DNA of 64,000 nt from Candidatus Bathyarchaeota archaeon. GTDB lineage: Archaea > Thermoproteota > Bathyarchaeia > Bathyarchaeales > Bathycorpusculaceae. The notes under the pieces were generated by a model. That model saw only the letters and a list, made by a program, of their open reading frames with translations, searched no databases and was not told where the DNA came from. This document shows positions 48,320-59,167 of this stretch, in pieces. The stretch spans positions 576,001 through 640,000 of the forward strand of contig CAWGYA010000008.1 of assembly GCA_963826715.1 (NCBI GenBank), given 5' to 3'. Made by a program: the position numbers and the translations under genes. Every line of letters starts with the position of its first letter. Position 1 is the stretch's first letter.

Positions 48320-48544
48320 CCGGAACCTTTTTTCTTTCAATTTGGAAAACCAATTCATCCTTTGTATTAGTTTTTTTAATCTTTTCCAATTTTTAAGTTT
48401 TGGTACTGGAATCTCCTTTTATTCAACTTAATGCGAGATTATCGAGCCGTACAGTCCAACTTTAATTTAACCACTAAAGGCTCGGATGAAGAACCCCCAA
48501 CTTTGACATAGTTATTTATCTACATATAGAATATAGGAACATGT

Positions 48545-50929
48545 ATGCAGAAAAAGAAGTGCCTGCTGCTCTTTCTCATACTTAGTTTTCTAATTCAACC
48601 CTGCACCATAGCACTCACCTCAAAAGCGTCTGTAGCGTCTACTGATAATTGGTCGATGTTTCACCACGACCCCTCCCGCATAGGCGCCACATCCAGCAAC
48701 GGTTCAGGAATTAATCCCCAACTACTTTGGAATTTCACCGCCAACGCCGCAATCGCTTCCTCCCCCGCAGTCGCTAACGGCTATATATGCTTTGGATCCA
48801 AAGATTACAACCTCTACTGCCTAAATGCCACTACTGGACAGCGGATTTGGAACTTTACCACCTGCGCGGAAGTTGATTCTTCCCCTGCCATCTACAACGG
48901 CTACGTATATGTGGGGTCAGGAGATGGATGGCTATATTGCGTAGACCTCGTGACTGGGGTTCCCCTTTGGGCATCGGCAGTTGAAGGAAAAGTGCAGTCT
49001 TCTCCCGCAATTGTTGACGAAAGAGTATTTGTAGGTTCGGGCAAACATGACTTTTTCTGCCTAAACGCCACAGATGGCGCACTAATCTGGATTTACCAAC
49101 TTTCAGGAAGTATTTACTCCTCTCCCGCAGTCGCCAACGGCGTCGTGTATATTGCCGCTGATAACTATTTTGTGTATGCTCTCAATACAACTTCAGGACG
49201 GGAACTCTGGCGCACTCACACCGGTAGCAAATCTGACTCACCCTGCGTCTCAGGCGGCGTTATCTATACTGGCTCCTACGACGGTTACATCTGCGCTCTC
49301 AACGCTTCGTCTGGCGAAAAAATCTGGCAGTACCTAACAGGTGGCTGCGTGTATTCTTCGCCTGCAGTCTCGTTTGGCCATGTGTTTGCGGGGTCAGATG
49401 ATAACTACATTTATTGTCTAGATGCTGTAACTGGGGCTCTGGTTTGGCGTTTAGCAACGGGTTTCTGGGTCAGGTCATCGCCAGCCATAGTGGATAGAAA
49501 CATGTATGTTGGCTCTCGTGATTATTTCCTCTATGGACTAGATGCCCACAACGGCAAAGAGATGTGGCGTTTTGAAACAGGCAGCTACGTGGATTCCTCT
49601 CCCGCTTATTCCGAAGGTGTCCTCTATATTGGCTCAGATGATGGACAGCTGTATGCTTTGTGCCTCAGCAGTTCTGCGGAAACTCTGCCTGAACAAACGG
49701 CGTCTATAAGTTGGTCAACGGTCCTTTTTGATTCTCTAGCCCTTGCCGTGGCGGCATTGGTTGTTTACGTCGCAGTGGACGCCTACAGAAAACCGAAACA
49801 CAATCACCAACCCAGAGCACCTGTCCAAAAAAGAAGCTGGGTCACCACCCACATCAACACCCTATATGTACTGGCTATTTTGGGGGTTTCAAGTATTTTC
49901 TTTGTCAACCTCTCCAGCGGGCACTTGTGGGCTGCAGATGAGCAAACATATGTACAGTGGGCGTTCCACATGTACCGGAGCGGCGACTACATTACGCCCT
50001 GGGCATCTGGCACCGTAGCGCTCTGGATCGGCAAGCCGCCGCTTTTCATGTGGCTGCTCTCTTTGTCGTTCCAGATGTTTGGTGCAATCAACTTCGCAGC
50101 TCGTTTCTGGAGTCCAATATTTGGGGCGATGACAATGGTTGTGGCTTATTTTTTGGGGAAAACCCTCTATAACCGCACCGTCGGGTTTACCTCTGCCTTG
50201 ATATTGGGAACTTTTAACACCTTCTACACCTTTGCGCGACTAGCTATGACAGATATGGCACTCCTATTTTTTGTGGTGGCAAGCCTCTACTTCGCAGTCA
50301 AACATCAAAAAACCCCCAACAATCGCTATGCCATCTTCTCAGGTATATTCTTTGGCTTGGCGCTGATGACCAAACAGATAGTGGCGGTCGTTGCCCCGCT
50401 ACTAATCATCCTCTACTTGCTCATTATCCAAAAAAGCATCAAGCCCTTCTTCAGCAAGCAATTTGCCCTACGGTTTTGGGCTGTGGCAATGCTGATTTTT
50501 CTGCCCTGGACCATCTACATGTCGGCAAGCTTTGGCGCGGAGTTTTTTGATTGGTTCCTTGTCTTCTCGGATATATCGCGGGTAACTGGGGTGCTCGAGG
50601 GGCACTCTGGCGGCTTTTTCTACTACTTTAGCTATTTGTGGAACACTGAGTGTTGGTGGATTCTTCTGCTGCCGTTTGCTACAGGTTTATCCATCTTCAA
50701 AGTGATTTTTCGGCGTTCACGGAGTGACTTGTTTGTTTTGTGCTGGATGATATTAGCTCTGGCTACATTCAGTTTCATACAGACCAAGCTTGAATGGTAT
50801 ATCCTACCTGTTTTCCCCGCCTTTGCACTGTCAATAGGCAGCTTAATTTATCATTTGGAAAGATTTGGGGCTGTGAAATTGAAAAAACGCCGCCCAGCTA
50901 CGATTTTGTCCGCTCAAACAACTCGCTGA
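48545..50929 (+). CDS. PQQ-like beta-propeller fused to a GT39/ArnT-like glycosyltransferase
   Basis: Repeated SSPA..G..Y.GS.D..LY.L blades; then DE, KPPL, ARF, LALMTK and WYILP membrane GT motifs. Confidence 0.85.
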   Translation: MQKKKCLLLFLILSFLIQPCTIALTSKASVASTDNWSMFHHDPSRIGATSSNGSGINPQLLWNFTANAAIASSPAVANGYICFGSKDYNLYCLNATTGQRIWNFTTCAEVDSSPAIYNGYVYVGSGDGWLYCVDLVTGVPLWASAVEGKVQSSPAIVDERVFVGSGKHDFFCLNATDGALIWIYQLSGSIYSSPAVANGVVYIAADNYFVYALNTTSGRELWRTHTGSKSDSPCVSGGVIYTGSYDGYICALNASSGEKIWQYLTGGCVYSSPAVSFGHVFAGSDDNYIYCLDAVTGALVWRLATGFWVRSSPAIVDRNMYVGSRDYFLYGLDAHNGKEMWRFETGSYVDSSPAYSEGVLYIGSDDGQLYALCLSSSAETLPEQTASISWSTVLFDSLALAVAALVVYVAVDAYRKPKHNHQPRAPVQKRSWVTTHINTLYVLAILGVSSIFFVNLSSGHLWAADEQTYVQWAFHMYRSGDYITPWASGTVALWIGKPPLFMWLLSLSFQMFGAINFAARFWSPIFGAMTMVVAYFLGKTLYNRTVGFTSALILGTFNTFYTFARLAMTDMALLFFVVASLYFAVKHQKTPNNRYAIFSGIFFGLALMTKQIVAVVAPLLIILYLLIIQKSIKPFFSKQFALRFWAVAMLIFLPWTIYMSASFGAEFFDWFLVFSDISRVTGVLEGHSGGFFYYFSYLWNTECWWILLLPFATGLSIFKVIFRRSRSDLFVLCWMILALATFSFIQTKLEWYILPVFPAFALSIGSLIYHLERFGAVKLKKRRPATILSAQTTR

Positions 50930-52343
50930 TGTATTCTTTAACGGTTTTGCCCTGTCCTTTGGCGATGCACTTTATAGCGTTGTTTATTCCTGTAGAGTAT
51001 TGAACCGCTTTTTTGGGCTTAAACACTATGGTGTTTGGAACTCCTGCATTTTGGGCGGCTTTACGCAGCACCAATTTGCGAAGTGTATCTACTTTGGGCT
51101 CGATTTTGCATTCCACAGGTAACCCCATCGCGAACTCTGCTAAATCATAGTTGGCAAAGGGCAGCAGCAGCTCCACATCAAACGAGCCCGTAATTTTAAG
51201 GTCCCGCTCAAGGTTACTCTGGTGAATGTTCACGACATCGCTAAACATAGTTCGGGAGACTTTTTCTGCGCCAGTAGTGCAATTTTCGGTGACGTAACGT
51301 TGGTAGCCGCCGAAGAGTTCGTCTGCGCCCTGCCCAGCCAGCACCCGTCGGTATTTTGATTCAAAGGCTTTCTGTGCCGTCCAGTAGAAGGGCACACCTA
51401 TTGCTGCTTTTACGGGGTCAGCCTCCTCAATGAGCTCAACCACATGGGGCAACGCGGCTTCTACGTCGGATTCTTTGAAGAGATGCACCGCCATGGGCAA
51501 GTCCAGCGCCTCCGCGGCTTGGATGGCTTCTTCGGTTTCAGGCTGATTCTCAAGGCTCACGTGCATCAGTTGCACTTTAACGCCCAGCTTCTTTGCGAGA
51601 AACGCGAGGAGACTGCTATCTAAGCCGCCTGAAAACGCCACCGCCGCCTTCTCCAGCCCTGCCACACGCCGACGCAGCGACTCCGTGAGTAGCACCAGCA
51701 ACTGGTCAGCGGCTTCATCGAGACTTACCTGTCGGGGCGGGTTGAAGCTGAGGGTTCGCACGGGCTTGAATTTGAATCCATCTTTGTCAGCAAACCCCAA
51801 TGTGCCCGGCGGAAAACTTTGCGGTTCCTCGATGTCCAGTCGCCAGAGCACAGTGCAGTTGGTGGCGTAGGCGGCTATGTCGCGGTTTTCGCCGTAGTAG
51901 AGGGGTTGCATACCAATGGGGTCGCGTCCCGCTGCCATCCAACCTTCACGGAGCAGCCAAAACGCGTAGTCGCCGTCGGCTTGCTCAAGGAGAGTTTGCA
52001 GGGTGGTTTCGCAGTGTGTGGGTTCTTTGGTGAGTTTCTGGGTTAGGGCGGTTTTGGAGGCGGGCTGGTAGATTCTGCCTTCAAACGCCGCTGCAGTGTT
52101 GGTGAGTTGGAGAAATTCGTAGTTGCTGGTGACGGCGGGTCGGCTGCTGATGTACCCCAGCATCGAGGTTGTCTCTATTCCTTGTCGGTTGATGATGCCG
52201 AGGGGCTTCTCAAGCACCGCTCGCTTAGGCGATACCACGCCGAAATGCGACACCTGTCCAACATCAAAACTCTGAAGTACATCCAAAACGCGGGAAACCA
52301 CACTACCCCCGTTCTTATCCACTACGCCAACAGTAACCTTCAC
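50898..52343 (-). CDS. Asparagine synthetase B-like protein
   Basis: RDPIGMQPLYY, AFSGGLDSS, GQGADELFGGY, KKAVQYSTG. Confidence 0.88.
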   Translation of the reverse strand: MKVTVGVVDKNGGSVVSRVLDVLQSFDVGQVSHFGVVSPKRAVLEKPLGIINRQGIETTSMLGYISSRPAVTSNYEFLQLTNTAAAFEGRIYQPASKTALTQKLTKEPTHCETTLQTLLEQADGDYAFWLLREGWMAAGRDPIGMQPLYYGENRDIAAYATNCTVLWRLDIEEPQSFPPGTLGFADKDGFKFKPVRTLSFNPPRQVSLDEAADQLLVLLTESLRRRVAGLEKAAVAFSGGLDSSLLAFLAKKLGVKVQLMHVSLENQPETEEAIQAAEALDLPMAVHLFKESDVEAALPHVVELIEEADPVKAAIGVPFYWTAQKAFESKYRRVLAGQGADELFGGYQRYVTENCTTGAEKVSRTMFSDVVNIHQSNLERDLKITGSFDVELLLPFANYDLAEFAMGLPVECKIEPKVDTLRKLVLRKAAQNAGVPNTIVFKPKKAVQYSTGINNAIKCIAKGQGKTVKEYISELFERTKS

Positions 52344-52409
52344 TGCATAACACGCTTACACAGACATATGCAGCGGTAAAACATTAATCTTTAATCGCTA
52401 TAACTTTCC

Positions 52410-53762
52410 TTGAGGAATCACAGCTTGCCTATCTTACCTATTGACACTGGGCGTTACGGTACGCCTGAAATGCTTAAAATCTTCGACGAGGAAACCCGCG
52501 TCCAAAAACTGCTCGATGTCGAAGCGGCACTTGCTTTGGCACACGCAAAAGTCGGCAATATTCCGCAGGAAGATGCGGAGAAAATCGCGGAGATGGCATC
52601 CACCAAGTACGTCAAAGTGGAGCGCGTGAAAGCCATTGAGAAGAAAATCAAGCACGACATCGCCTCGCTGGTGCGTACGCTTTCCGAACAGTGCGGCTCA
52701 AGCGGTGCGTATGTGCATCTTGGGGCGACAAGCTATGACATTGTGGATACCGCTAACGCGTTACAACTTAAAGACGCCATGTCAGTACTCGAAAAGCGCC
52801 TAGCCGCATTCAAAGTTATCCTCAAACGGCAAGCAGTTGAGCACAGTGCCACAGTCATGATTGGAAGAACACACGGTCAACACGCATTGCCCATCACGTT
52901 GGGCTTCAAGTTTGCGGTGTGGGGCTACGAAGTCAACCGCCACCTCCAGCGGCTCGACGAATGCAAAAAGCGGGTTGTCGCGGGCAAAGTCAGCGGCGCA
53001 GTGGGCACACAGGCGGGTTTGGGTGAGCACGCAGAGGAAATCCAAGTGCTCGTGATGAAGCGTTTGGGTATCCATGCCACGGAAATCAGCACTCAAATCG
53101 TGCAGCGGGACCGCTACGCCGAACTCATCAGCATCTACGCGATAGTGGCTTCTTCACTGGAGAATTTCGCCACCGAAATCCGCGAACTTCAGCGCCCCGA
53201 AATCGCCGAAGTCTTCGAGTCCTTCGAAGCCAAAAAGCAAGTCGGCAGCAGTACAATGCCGCATAAGCAGAATCCGGAGACCTGCGAGCGAGTCTGCGGG
53301 TTAGCGCGGATTGTGCGAAGCCTCTTGGTGCCTGCGTTGGAGGATATGGTGACTTGGCATGAACGCGACCTCACGCAGTCCTCGGCGGAACGCTTTATCC
53401 TCCCCGAATCCTCGATACTGCTTGACTATATATTGAGTCTTATGTGCAACATCGTCGCGAACCTGCGAATTGATAAGGAACGGATGTTGACTAATATGTT
53501 AGCGACACAAGGACGCGCAATGTCGGAATCAGTGATGATGACACTGGTTCACAAGGGCGTAAACCGGCAGGACGCCCACGAAATGTTGCGGCAACTGACC
53601 ATCAAAAGCGCCATCGAGGAAAAACCCTTCCGACAAGTGCTTATCGAAGACAAAACGGTCAGCAACACACTGTCAGAAAAAGAAATCGACGCCGCCCTAG
53701 AACCTAAAAACTACCTCGGAACCGCCGTCATGCAAGCTCAACGATTCGCATCATCCGCCTAA
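52410..53762 (+). CDS. purB: Adenylosuccinate lyase
   Basis: HLGATSYD, GRTHGQHA, GSSTMPHKQNP, HERDL. Confidence 0.96.
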   Translation: MRNHSLPILPIDTGRYGTPEMLKIFDEETRVQKLLDVEAALALAHAKVGNIPQEDAEKIAEMASTKYVKVERVKAIEKKIKHDIASLVRTLSEQCGSSGAYVHLGATSYDIVDTANALQLKDAMSVLEKRLAAFKVILKRQAVEHSATVMIGRTHGQHALPITLGFKFAVWGYEVNRHLQRLDECKKRVVAGKVSGAVGTQAGLGEHAEEIQVLVMKRLGIHATEISTQIVQRDRYAELISIYAIVASSLENFATEIRELQRPEIAEVFESFEAKKQVGSSTMPHKQNPETCERVCGLARIVRSLLVPALEDMVTWHERDLTQSSAERFILPESSILLDYILSLMCNIVANLRIDKERMLTNMLATQGRAMSESVMMTLVHKGVNRQDAHEMLRQLTIKSAIEEKPFRQVLIEDKTVSNTLSEKEIDAALEPKNYLGTAVMQAQRFASSA

Positions 53763-56044
53763 AAATCAAACAACCCTTTCTGTTTGGTTTCTTGGGGCGC
53801 TTTAATAGCTGTTTTGAGGGCTTCCCACTCGTCTTTTTTGACGTAGCCGCCGACCTGCTCCTTGATTTTTTTGGCAAGCCGTGGACCAACGGAAGGCAAG
53901 TTGGTGAGTTCCTCTATGCTGGCACGTTTAAGATCTTCGATGTTTTCGAAGCCCGAGTTGAAAATAATTCTGCCGCGGACTCTGCCCACACCCTCCAATG
54001 TCACAATAGGCATGAGTTCGCGTTTGATGCCTTTACCTACACGTTCCAGAAGTTCCATGCTCAGGGCAGTTACCTCTTTGTTTTTGGCAACCAAAGGCGA
54101 CAATTCCTCGGTGGCGTGCAGCAGCCATTTGGCGTTTTCGATGATTCGATAGAGGTCGCCTGGTTGTACACTAAAGCGTTCCAAGAGTTTGTCTTCAGGC
54201 AGCTCTTCTATCCAGTTGTTTAGGACCACAGCAGTTTTGACTTCCCCTAGGAACTCTGCATAGCCTATGTAGTCGGCTTGGTCGGGAGCTTCTACGAAAA
54301 GCTCGTCTCGGTAACTTTCCAGTTCGATGGAGAGTTTTTCGACTTCCCGCTGATAAGGCCTCATGATCGGTCCCATGTCGGGAGTATGGGCAATGAGGTG
54401 GAGTAGGCTGAATTCGCTGAGCATCGACGGTTTAGTCTGGAGCGCGTCGCGGATGATTACGCCGCTGAGGGGGTCGATATAGAGTTCACTAATGCGTTTC
54501 CCAAAGCTGGTTGCGCGAATGTCATCGCTGCCCAAAACATAAATCATTTTTTCGTCGTGAAGGAAACGGAGAATTTTTTTGATGACAGACTCAATGGCTT
54601 TAACATCGTATTGGTATGCGTAAAACGTTTTGCCGAAGAACTCATAGATTCCCCGCTCTGTATGCGCATAATCCGAGGCGATTGTTGAGAGGACATGTGT
54701 ACGGATGATTTTTTCCACGGCAAGACGCGACCAGATGCGCTCTGGTTTGGCGAGGACGTAGTTTTCCATGAGGTAGTCGGCTTCGTCTGCGGTTTTGGCT
54801 ATGAGGACGGATTCACCGAATTTGTCATATTTGGGTCGCCCCGCCCGCCCTGCCATCTGCTTGTAGTCGAGTACGCCGATGGGGTAGTTACCCAACCCCG
54901 CCTCGAAACGACGGTAATCCTGTATGATGACCGTGCGCGCGGGCAAGTTGACCCCCCAAGCCAGCGTCGGCGTCGCGGTTAACACCTTGATTTTGCGGTC
55001 TTTGAACGCGTCTTCGATGATTTTGCGGTGCGCCCCCGACAGCCCCGCGTGATGATACGCCACTGCGTTTCGGACCAAATCGGCGAGTTCATCACTCATC
55101 TGCGTATGCTCGCCGGCATCAAGAATTTTATGCGCCTCTTTCTCCAATCCGGCTTTGGTTTGCTCTTCGAAACTCTTTTTAACCAGTTTTGAGCCTGACT
55201 TTGGTATAAGCACCTTGTCCATGTGGGAGGCAACCAACTTCGCCGCTGATACTGCATTCTTGCGTGTCGAAGCAAAAATTAGCGCTTGACCCCCACTGTT
55301 TAGAGTGTTGAGGACGAGGTTGATGATGGTTAAGCGGGTTTCCTGCTCGATTCTGCAGGATTCGCCGTCACGGTACTGGATTTCATTCTGCAAAATTACG
55401 CCCTCTTTGAGGTTTATGGGGCGCCATGTGGTGACGATGTGTTTGGCGGAGAGCCACCCAGCGATTTCTTCCACGTTGCTAATGGTTGCGGATAGGGCGA
55501 GGATTTGGATGCGGGGGTTGCACTGCATCAACCGCGCCAGCACAATTTCCAAGGTGGGTCCGCGGTTAGCTTCGTTTAGCAGGTGAACTTCGTCGGCTAT
55601 CACGGCACTGATACTTTCCATCCATTTCGCCCGGTGCCGGAGCAAAGAGTCTGCCTTCTCGTTAGTGGTGACAATTATATCATAGCGTTGCAACCAGTTG
55701 TCGGCGTTGTCGAAGTCACCCGTGCTGATTCCGACAGAAACCCGGCTTCCATCGGGTTTGGTGATACCCGCGTATTTTTGAAATTCCTCATACTTTTCTG
55801 ATGCGAGAGCGCGTAGCGGAGAGAGATAGATGACTTTACCGCCAGCATCCAAAACATGCTTGAGAGCACATAACTCAGCAATAAGCGTCTTACCTGACGC
55901 CGTGGGGCTGGCGAGCACGATGTTTTGTCCGTCAAGCACTCCTGCCCGTATGCAATCCTCCTGAGGCGGAAATAATTCACAAAGTCCGTGCATACCAAGG
56001 ACATCTTTAACCGATTGGGGCACAGATAACTCGGCAATCTTCAA
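53759..56044 (-). CDS. hel308: Ski2-like DNA helicase Hel308
   Basis: PTASGKT, DEVH, LSAT, HHAGL, QMAGRAGRP, C-terminal HhH. Confidence 0.94.
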   Translation of the reverse strand: MKIAELSVPQSVKDVLGMHGLCELFPPQEDCIRAGVLDGQNIVLASPTASGKTLIAELCALKHVLDAGGKVIYLSPLRALASEKYEEFQKYAGITKPDGSRVSVGISTGDFDNADNWLQRYDIIVTTNEKADSLLRHRAKWMESISAVIADEVHLLNEANRGPTLEIVLARLMQCNPRIQILALSATISNVEEIAGWLSAKHIVTTWRPINLKEGVILQNEIQYRDGESCRIEQETRLTIINLVLNTLNSGGQALIFASTRKNAVSAAKLVASHMDKVLIPKSGSKLVKKSFEEQTKAGLEKEAHKILDAGEHTQMSDELADLVRNAVAYHHAGLSGAHRKIIEDAFKDRKIKVLTATPTLAWGVNLPARTVIIQDYRRFEAGLGNYPIGVLDYKQMAGRAGRPKYDKFGESVLIAKTADEADYLMENYVLAKPERIWSRLAVEKIIRTHVLSTIASDYAHTERGIYEFFGKTFYAYQYDVKAIESVIKKILRFLHDEKMIYVLGSDDIRATSFGKRISELYIDPLSGVIIRDALQTKPSMLSEFSLLHLIAHTPDMGPIMRPYQREVEKLSIELESYRDELFVEAPDQADYIGYAEFLGEVKTAVVLNNWIEELPEDKLLERFSVQPGDLYRIIENAKWLLHATEELSPLVAKNKEVTALSMELLERVGKGIKRELMPIVTLEGVGRVRGRIIFNSGFENIEDLKRASIEELTNLPSVGPRLAKKIKEQVGGYVKKDEWEALKTAIKAPQETKQKGLFDF

Positions 56045-56065
56045 TACAGTTCACTTGTAGATAAG

Positions 56066-57424
56066 TTGGTTAACCTATTTAACAATCTGATTAATAGTGT
56101 TAGCTTTGCGGAGACCGATTTTTCAGCTACATTTTTCTATGAGAATCACATTACCAAAGGCGACGAGTTATCTATCCCAAAAGTTATGGTAGGATACTGC
56201 ATGGTTGAAAACATCAAAGAACTTCTTAAACTTCATGAAGGCATCACTCATGAAGTGTACTTAGATAACGAAAACAGCACCATCGTCCCCCAAGAAGTCG
56301 TTGACTCCATGGCGCCTTACTGGAGCAAAAAAGCCTACGGCAACCCCACGCTAACCCATAAGCCCGGCTGGGAAGCGTTTGAAACCATCATGGGCTGCTT
56401 CGCCAAAATCAGCAAGTATATCGGCGCCAAGAACCTCGAAGAAATCACCTTTACACCGGGCGAAACCGAATCCAACAACTTAGCAATCATGGGTGCATGC
56501 TTCGCACAGAAAACCAAAGGTAAAAAAATCATCATCAGCGAAATCGAACCCATCAACGTCTTGCAGGTCGCCGAGATGATGACTAAATTTGGGTTTCTAA
56601 CCACCAAAATCCCCGTGGATCACGAAGGATTCATCAACCTGGAAAAGCTAAATGAAGCAGTCGATAACGACACCATCCTCGTAAGTATATCAGCGGTTAA
56701 CAATGAACTGGGCACAATCCAGCCTATCAAGGAAGCTGTTGACATCGTGAAAGCCAAAAACCCCCAAGCGCTCTTCCATACCGACACCTCCGACGCATAC
56801 GCCAGAATCCCCCTAAACGTGCAGGACCTCAATGTGGACATGGCAACTGCGAGCAGCTTTAAAATTCAGGGACCACGAGGAATCGGCGCATTTTACCTCA
56901 AAGATGGCGTAAACCTCGAACGCATCATAGAAGGTCCAATCGGAACACAGAAGCTCTGGCCAGGCATAGAGAACACCCCGCTAATTGTGGGTTTCACTAA
57001 AGCATCTGAGCTTGCCTTCACCAACTTCGACGTTAATGTTACCAAGATGAGTATGCTCCGTGACAAGCTGGTCGATGGCATATTCTCTGAACTTACCGAT
57101 TTACGCTTCAATGGACCCAAAGATGAAAAGCGCAGCCCCGACAACGCTAACATAAGCATCCTCCGAGCCGAAGGTGAAGCCTTAACAATCGAACTGAGCC
57201 TCAAAGGAGTCTATGTGTCCAGCGGAAGTGCCTGCAGCCGCCGCCTGCTCCAGCCCAGCCATGTACTTATTGCCATCGGACGCATCTTCGAGGAAGCCCA
57301 CGGCAGCATCCTTATGAAGGTCACGCGTAACCAAACAGAAGAGGATATAGCTTACGTATTGGAAGTTTTACCTACAGCTGTGAACCGTATCCGAAGGATA
57401 GTTGGCTCAACAGGAGTGCATTAA
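56066..57424 (+). CDS. IscS/NifS-like cysteine desulfurase homolog with degenerate PLP site
   Basis: YLDN, YGNP, TESNNLAI, NNELGTIQP, SSGSACS; start probably ATG 56201. Confidence 0.85.
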   Translation: MVNLFNNLINSVSFAETDFSATFFYENHITKGDELSIPKVMVGYCMVENIKELLKLHEGITHEVYLDNENSTIVPQEVVDSMAPYWSKKAYGNPTLTHKPGWEAFETIMGCFAKISKYIGAKNLEEITFTPGETESNNLAIMGACFAQKTKGKKIIISEIEPINVLQVAEMMTKFGFLTTKIPVDHEGFINLEKLNEAVDNDTILVSISAVNNELGTIQPIKEAVDIVKAKNPQALFHTDTSDAYARIPLNVQDLNVDMATASSFKIQGPRGIGAFYLKDGVNLERIIEGPIGTQKLWPGIENTPLIVGFTKASELAFTNFDVNVTKMSMLRDKLVDGIFSELTDLRFNGPKDEKRSPDNANISILRAEGEALTIELSLKGVYVSSGSACSRRLLQPSHVLIAIGRIFEEAHGSILMKVTRNQTEEDIAYVLEVLPTAVNRIRRIVGSTGVH

Positions 57425-57938
57425 AAAGATGTCACGTATACCCTTACCCTATAACCCTAAGGTTATGGATTTGTTCCGTAACCCCAAAAACCTAGGCAAA
57501 ATGGAGGACGCAACCGTTGTCGCTATAGCAGGCAACCCTGCATGTGGAGACATGATAACCTTCTACCTTAAAATCAACCAGGAAACGCAAGTTATCGAGA
57601 AAGCTCAGTTTGAAAGCTACGGATGCGCCGCCAACATCGCCACTAGCAGCATAGTTACCGAAATGATAAGAGGCTTAACGCTGGAAATAGCATGGAAAGA
57701 CATAACATGGAAAAAAGTTACCGAGGAAATCGGTGGCTTACCCAGCGTCAAGTTCCACTGTGGAGTCCTTGCAGTCGGCGCCCTCAAACGTGCAATACGC
57801 CAATACTTCACCGAGAAAGGCATTGCCGTACCCAGCTGGTTGCCAGCAGAACACACCTTTGAAGAGAAGCAGGCATTAGAAGAAGAGGAACTGGCAAAGA
57901 CCCTTTCGAAGAGGCTAAAACCTGAGGCAGAAAAGTAA
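57402..57938 (+). CDS. iscU: Fe-S cluster scaffold IscU/NifU
   Basis: GNPACGD, SYGCAANIA, GGLPSVKFHC; start probably ATG 57429. Confidence 0.92.
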   Translation: MAQQECIKKMSRIPLPYNPKVMDLFRNPKNLGKMEDATVVAIAGNPACGDMITFYLKINQETQVIEKAQFESYGCAANIATSSIVTEMIRGLTLEIAWKDITWKKVTEEIGGLPSVKFHCGVLAVGALKRAIRQYFTEKGIAVPSWLPAEHTFEEKQALEEEELAKTLSKRLKPEAEK

Positions 57939-57940
57939 CC

Positions 57941-59167
57941 TTGGATATTGAAGCAATTCGCCGAGATTTCCCGATTCTACAGCGCAAAGTTAACGGCAAA
58001 CCCCTAATTTATTTTGACAACGCTGCCACTACCCAGAAGCCACGCCAAGTCATAGATGCCATAAGCGACTACTACCAAAATCACAATGGCAATGTCCACC
58101 GTGCCGTCCACACACTGAGCATGGAGGCAACAGATCTCTATGAGAAAGCACGGGAGCGAATCGCAGAATTCATAAACGCTCATTCAGCAAGCGAAATCGT
58201 ATTTGTCCGAGGCACAACCGAAGCCATCAACCTAGCCGCGTATTCTTGGGGGTTGAGCACCCTCGGTGCCGGTGACGAAGTTTTGGTATCACGTATGGAG
58301 CACCACAGCAACATCGTGCCATGGGAACTCACTGCAAAAATTCGAGGCTTCACCGTAAAATACGCTAATGTCAATAGTGACGGTACTCTTGACTACGAAG
58401 ACTTCGAGAACAAAATTACAAATAAAGTCAAAATCTGCTGCCTTAGCCACGTCTCAAACGTCACAGGTGTCATCAATGACGTTAAACGCGTAACCAAAGT
58501 CGCCCACGACCACGGCGCTTTGATGCTGGTTGACGGAGCCCAATCGGTACCTCACATGCCTGTGGATGTACAGGATATCGAAATGGATTTCCTCGCGTTC
58601 TCCGGGCATAAAATGCTCGGGCCCACAGGCATCGGCGTACTCTATGGTAAAAAAGAGGTTCTCGAGAGCATGCCACCTTTTGAGGGGGGTGGCGAAATGA
58701 TAAAAGAAGTCTCTGTCACCCAAAACAAATGCAGCATCTCTTGGAATGAGTTACCATGGAAGTTTGAAGCAGGAACGCCCAACATTTCAGGCGCTGTGGG
58801 CTTAGGTGCCGCGGTGGAGTACCTGCAGGATTTACGCATCGAGGATGTATTTAGTCATGAGCGGGAACTCATCGAATACGCGTATCGACGTATGGCGGAA
58901 TGCAAAAAAGCAACCGCTTACGGCCCTATCGACTTGTCGCAGAAATGCGGAATAATCGCCTTCAGCGTCAGCGGATTCTCCTCTCATGATGTTGCACTTT
59001 TTTTTGACACTTACGGCGTAGCTATGCGCAGCGGTTACCACTGTGCCCAGCCCCTGCATGAGTTCTTTAAGCTGCAATCCTCCACAAGAGCCAGTTTTTA
59101 CCTATATAATACCAAAGAGGAAATTGATCGCTTCGTAGAAATTCTCAAGGAGTTCGATAAATTCTAA
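57941..59167 (+). CDS. sufS: Cysteine desulfurase, SufS type
   Basis: DNAATTQKP, EHHSN, DGAQ, SGHKMLGP, RSGYHCAQP, RASF. Confidence 0.93.
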   Translation: MDIEAIRRDFPILQRKVNGKPLIYFDNAATTQKPRQVIDAISDYYQNHNGNVHRAVHTLSMEATDLYEKARERIAEFINAHSASEIVFVRGTTEAINLAAYSWGLSTLGAGDEVLVSRMEHHSNIVPWELTAKIRGFTVKYANVNSDGTLDYEDFENKITNKVKICCLSHVSNVTGVINDVKRVTKVAHDHGALMLVDGAQSVPHMPVDVQDIEMDFLAFSGHKMLGPTGIGVLYGKKEVLESMPPFEGGGEMIKEVSVTQNKCSISWNELPWKFEAGTPNISGAVGLGAAVEYLQDLRIEDVFSHERELIEYAYRRMAECKKATAYGPIDLSQKCGIIAFSVSGFSSHDVALFFDTYGVAMRSGYHCAQPLHEFFKLQSSTRASFYLYNTKEEIDRFVEILKEFDKF

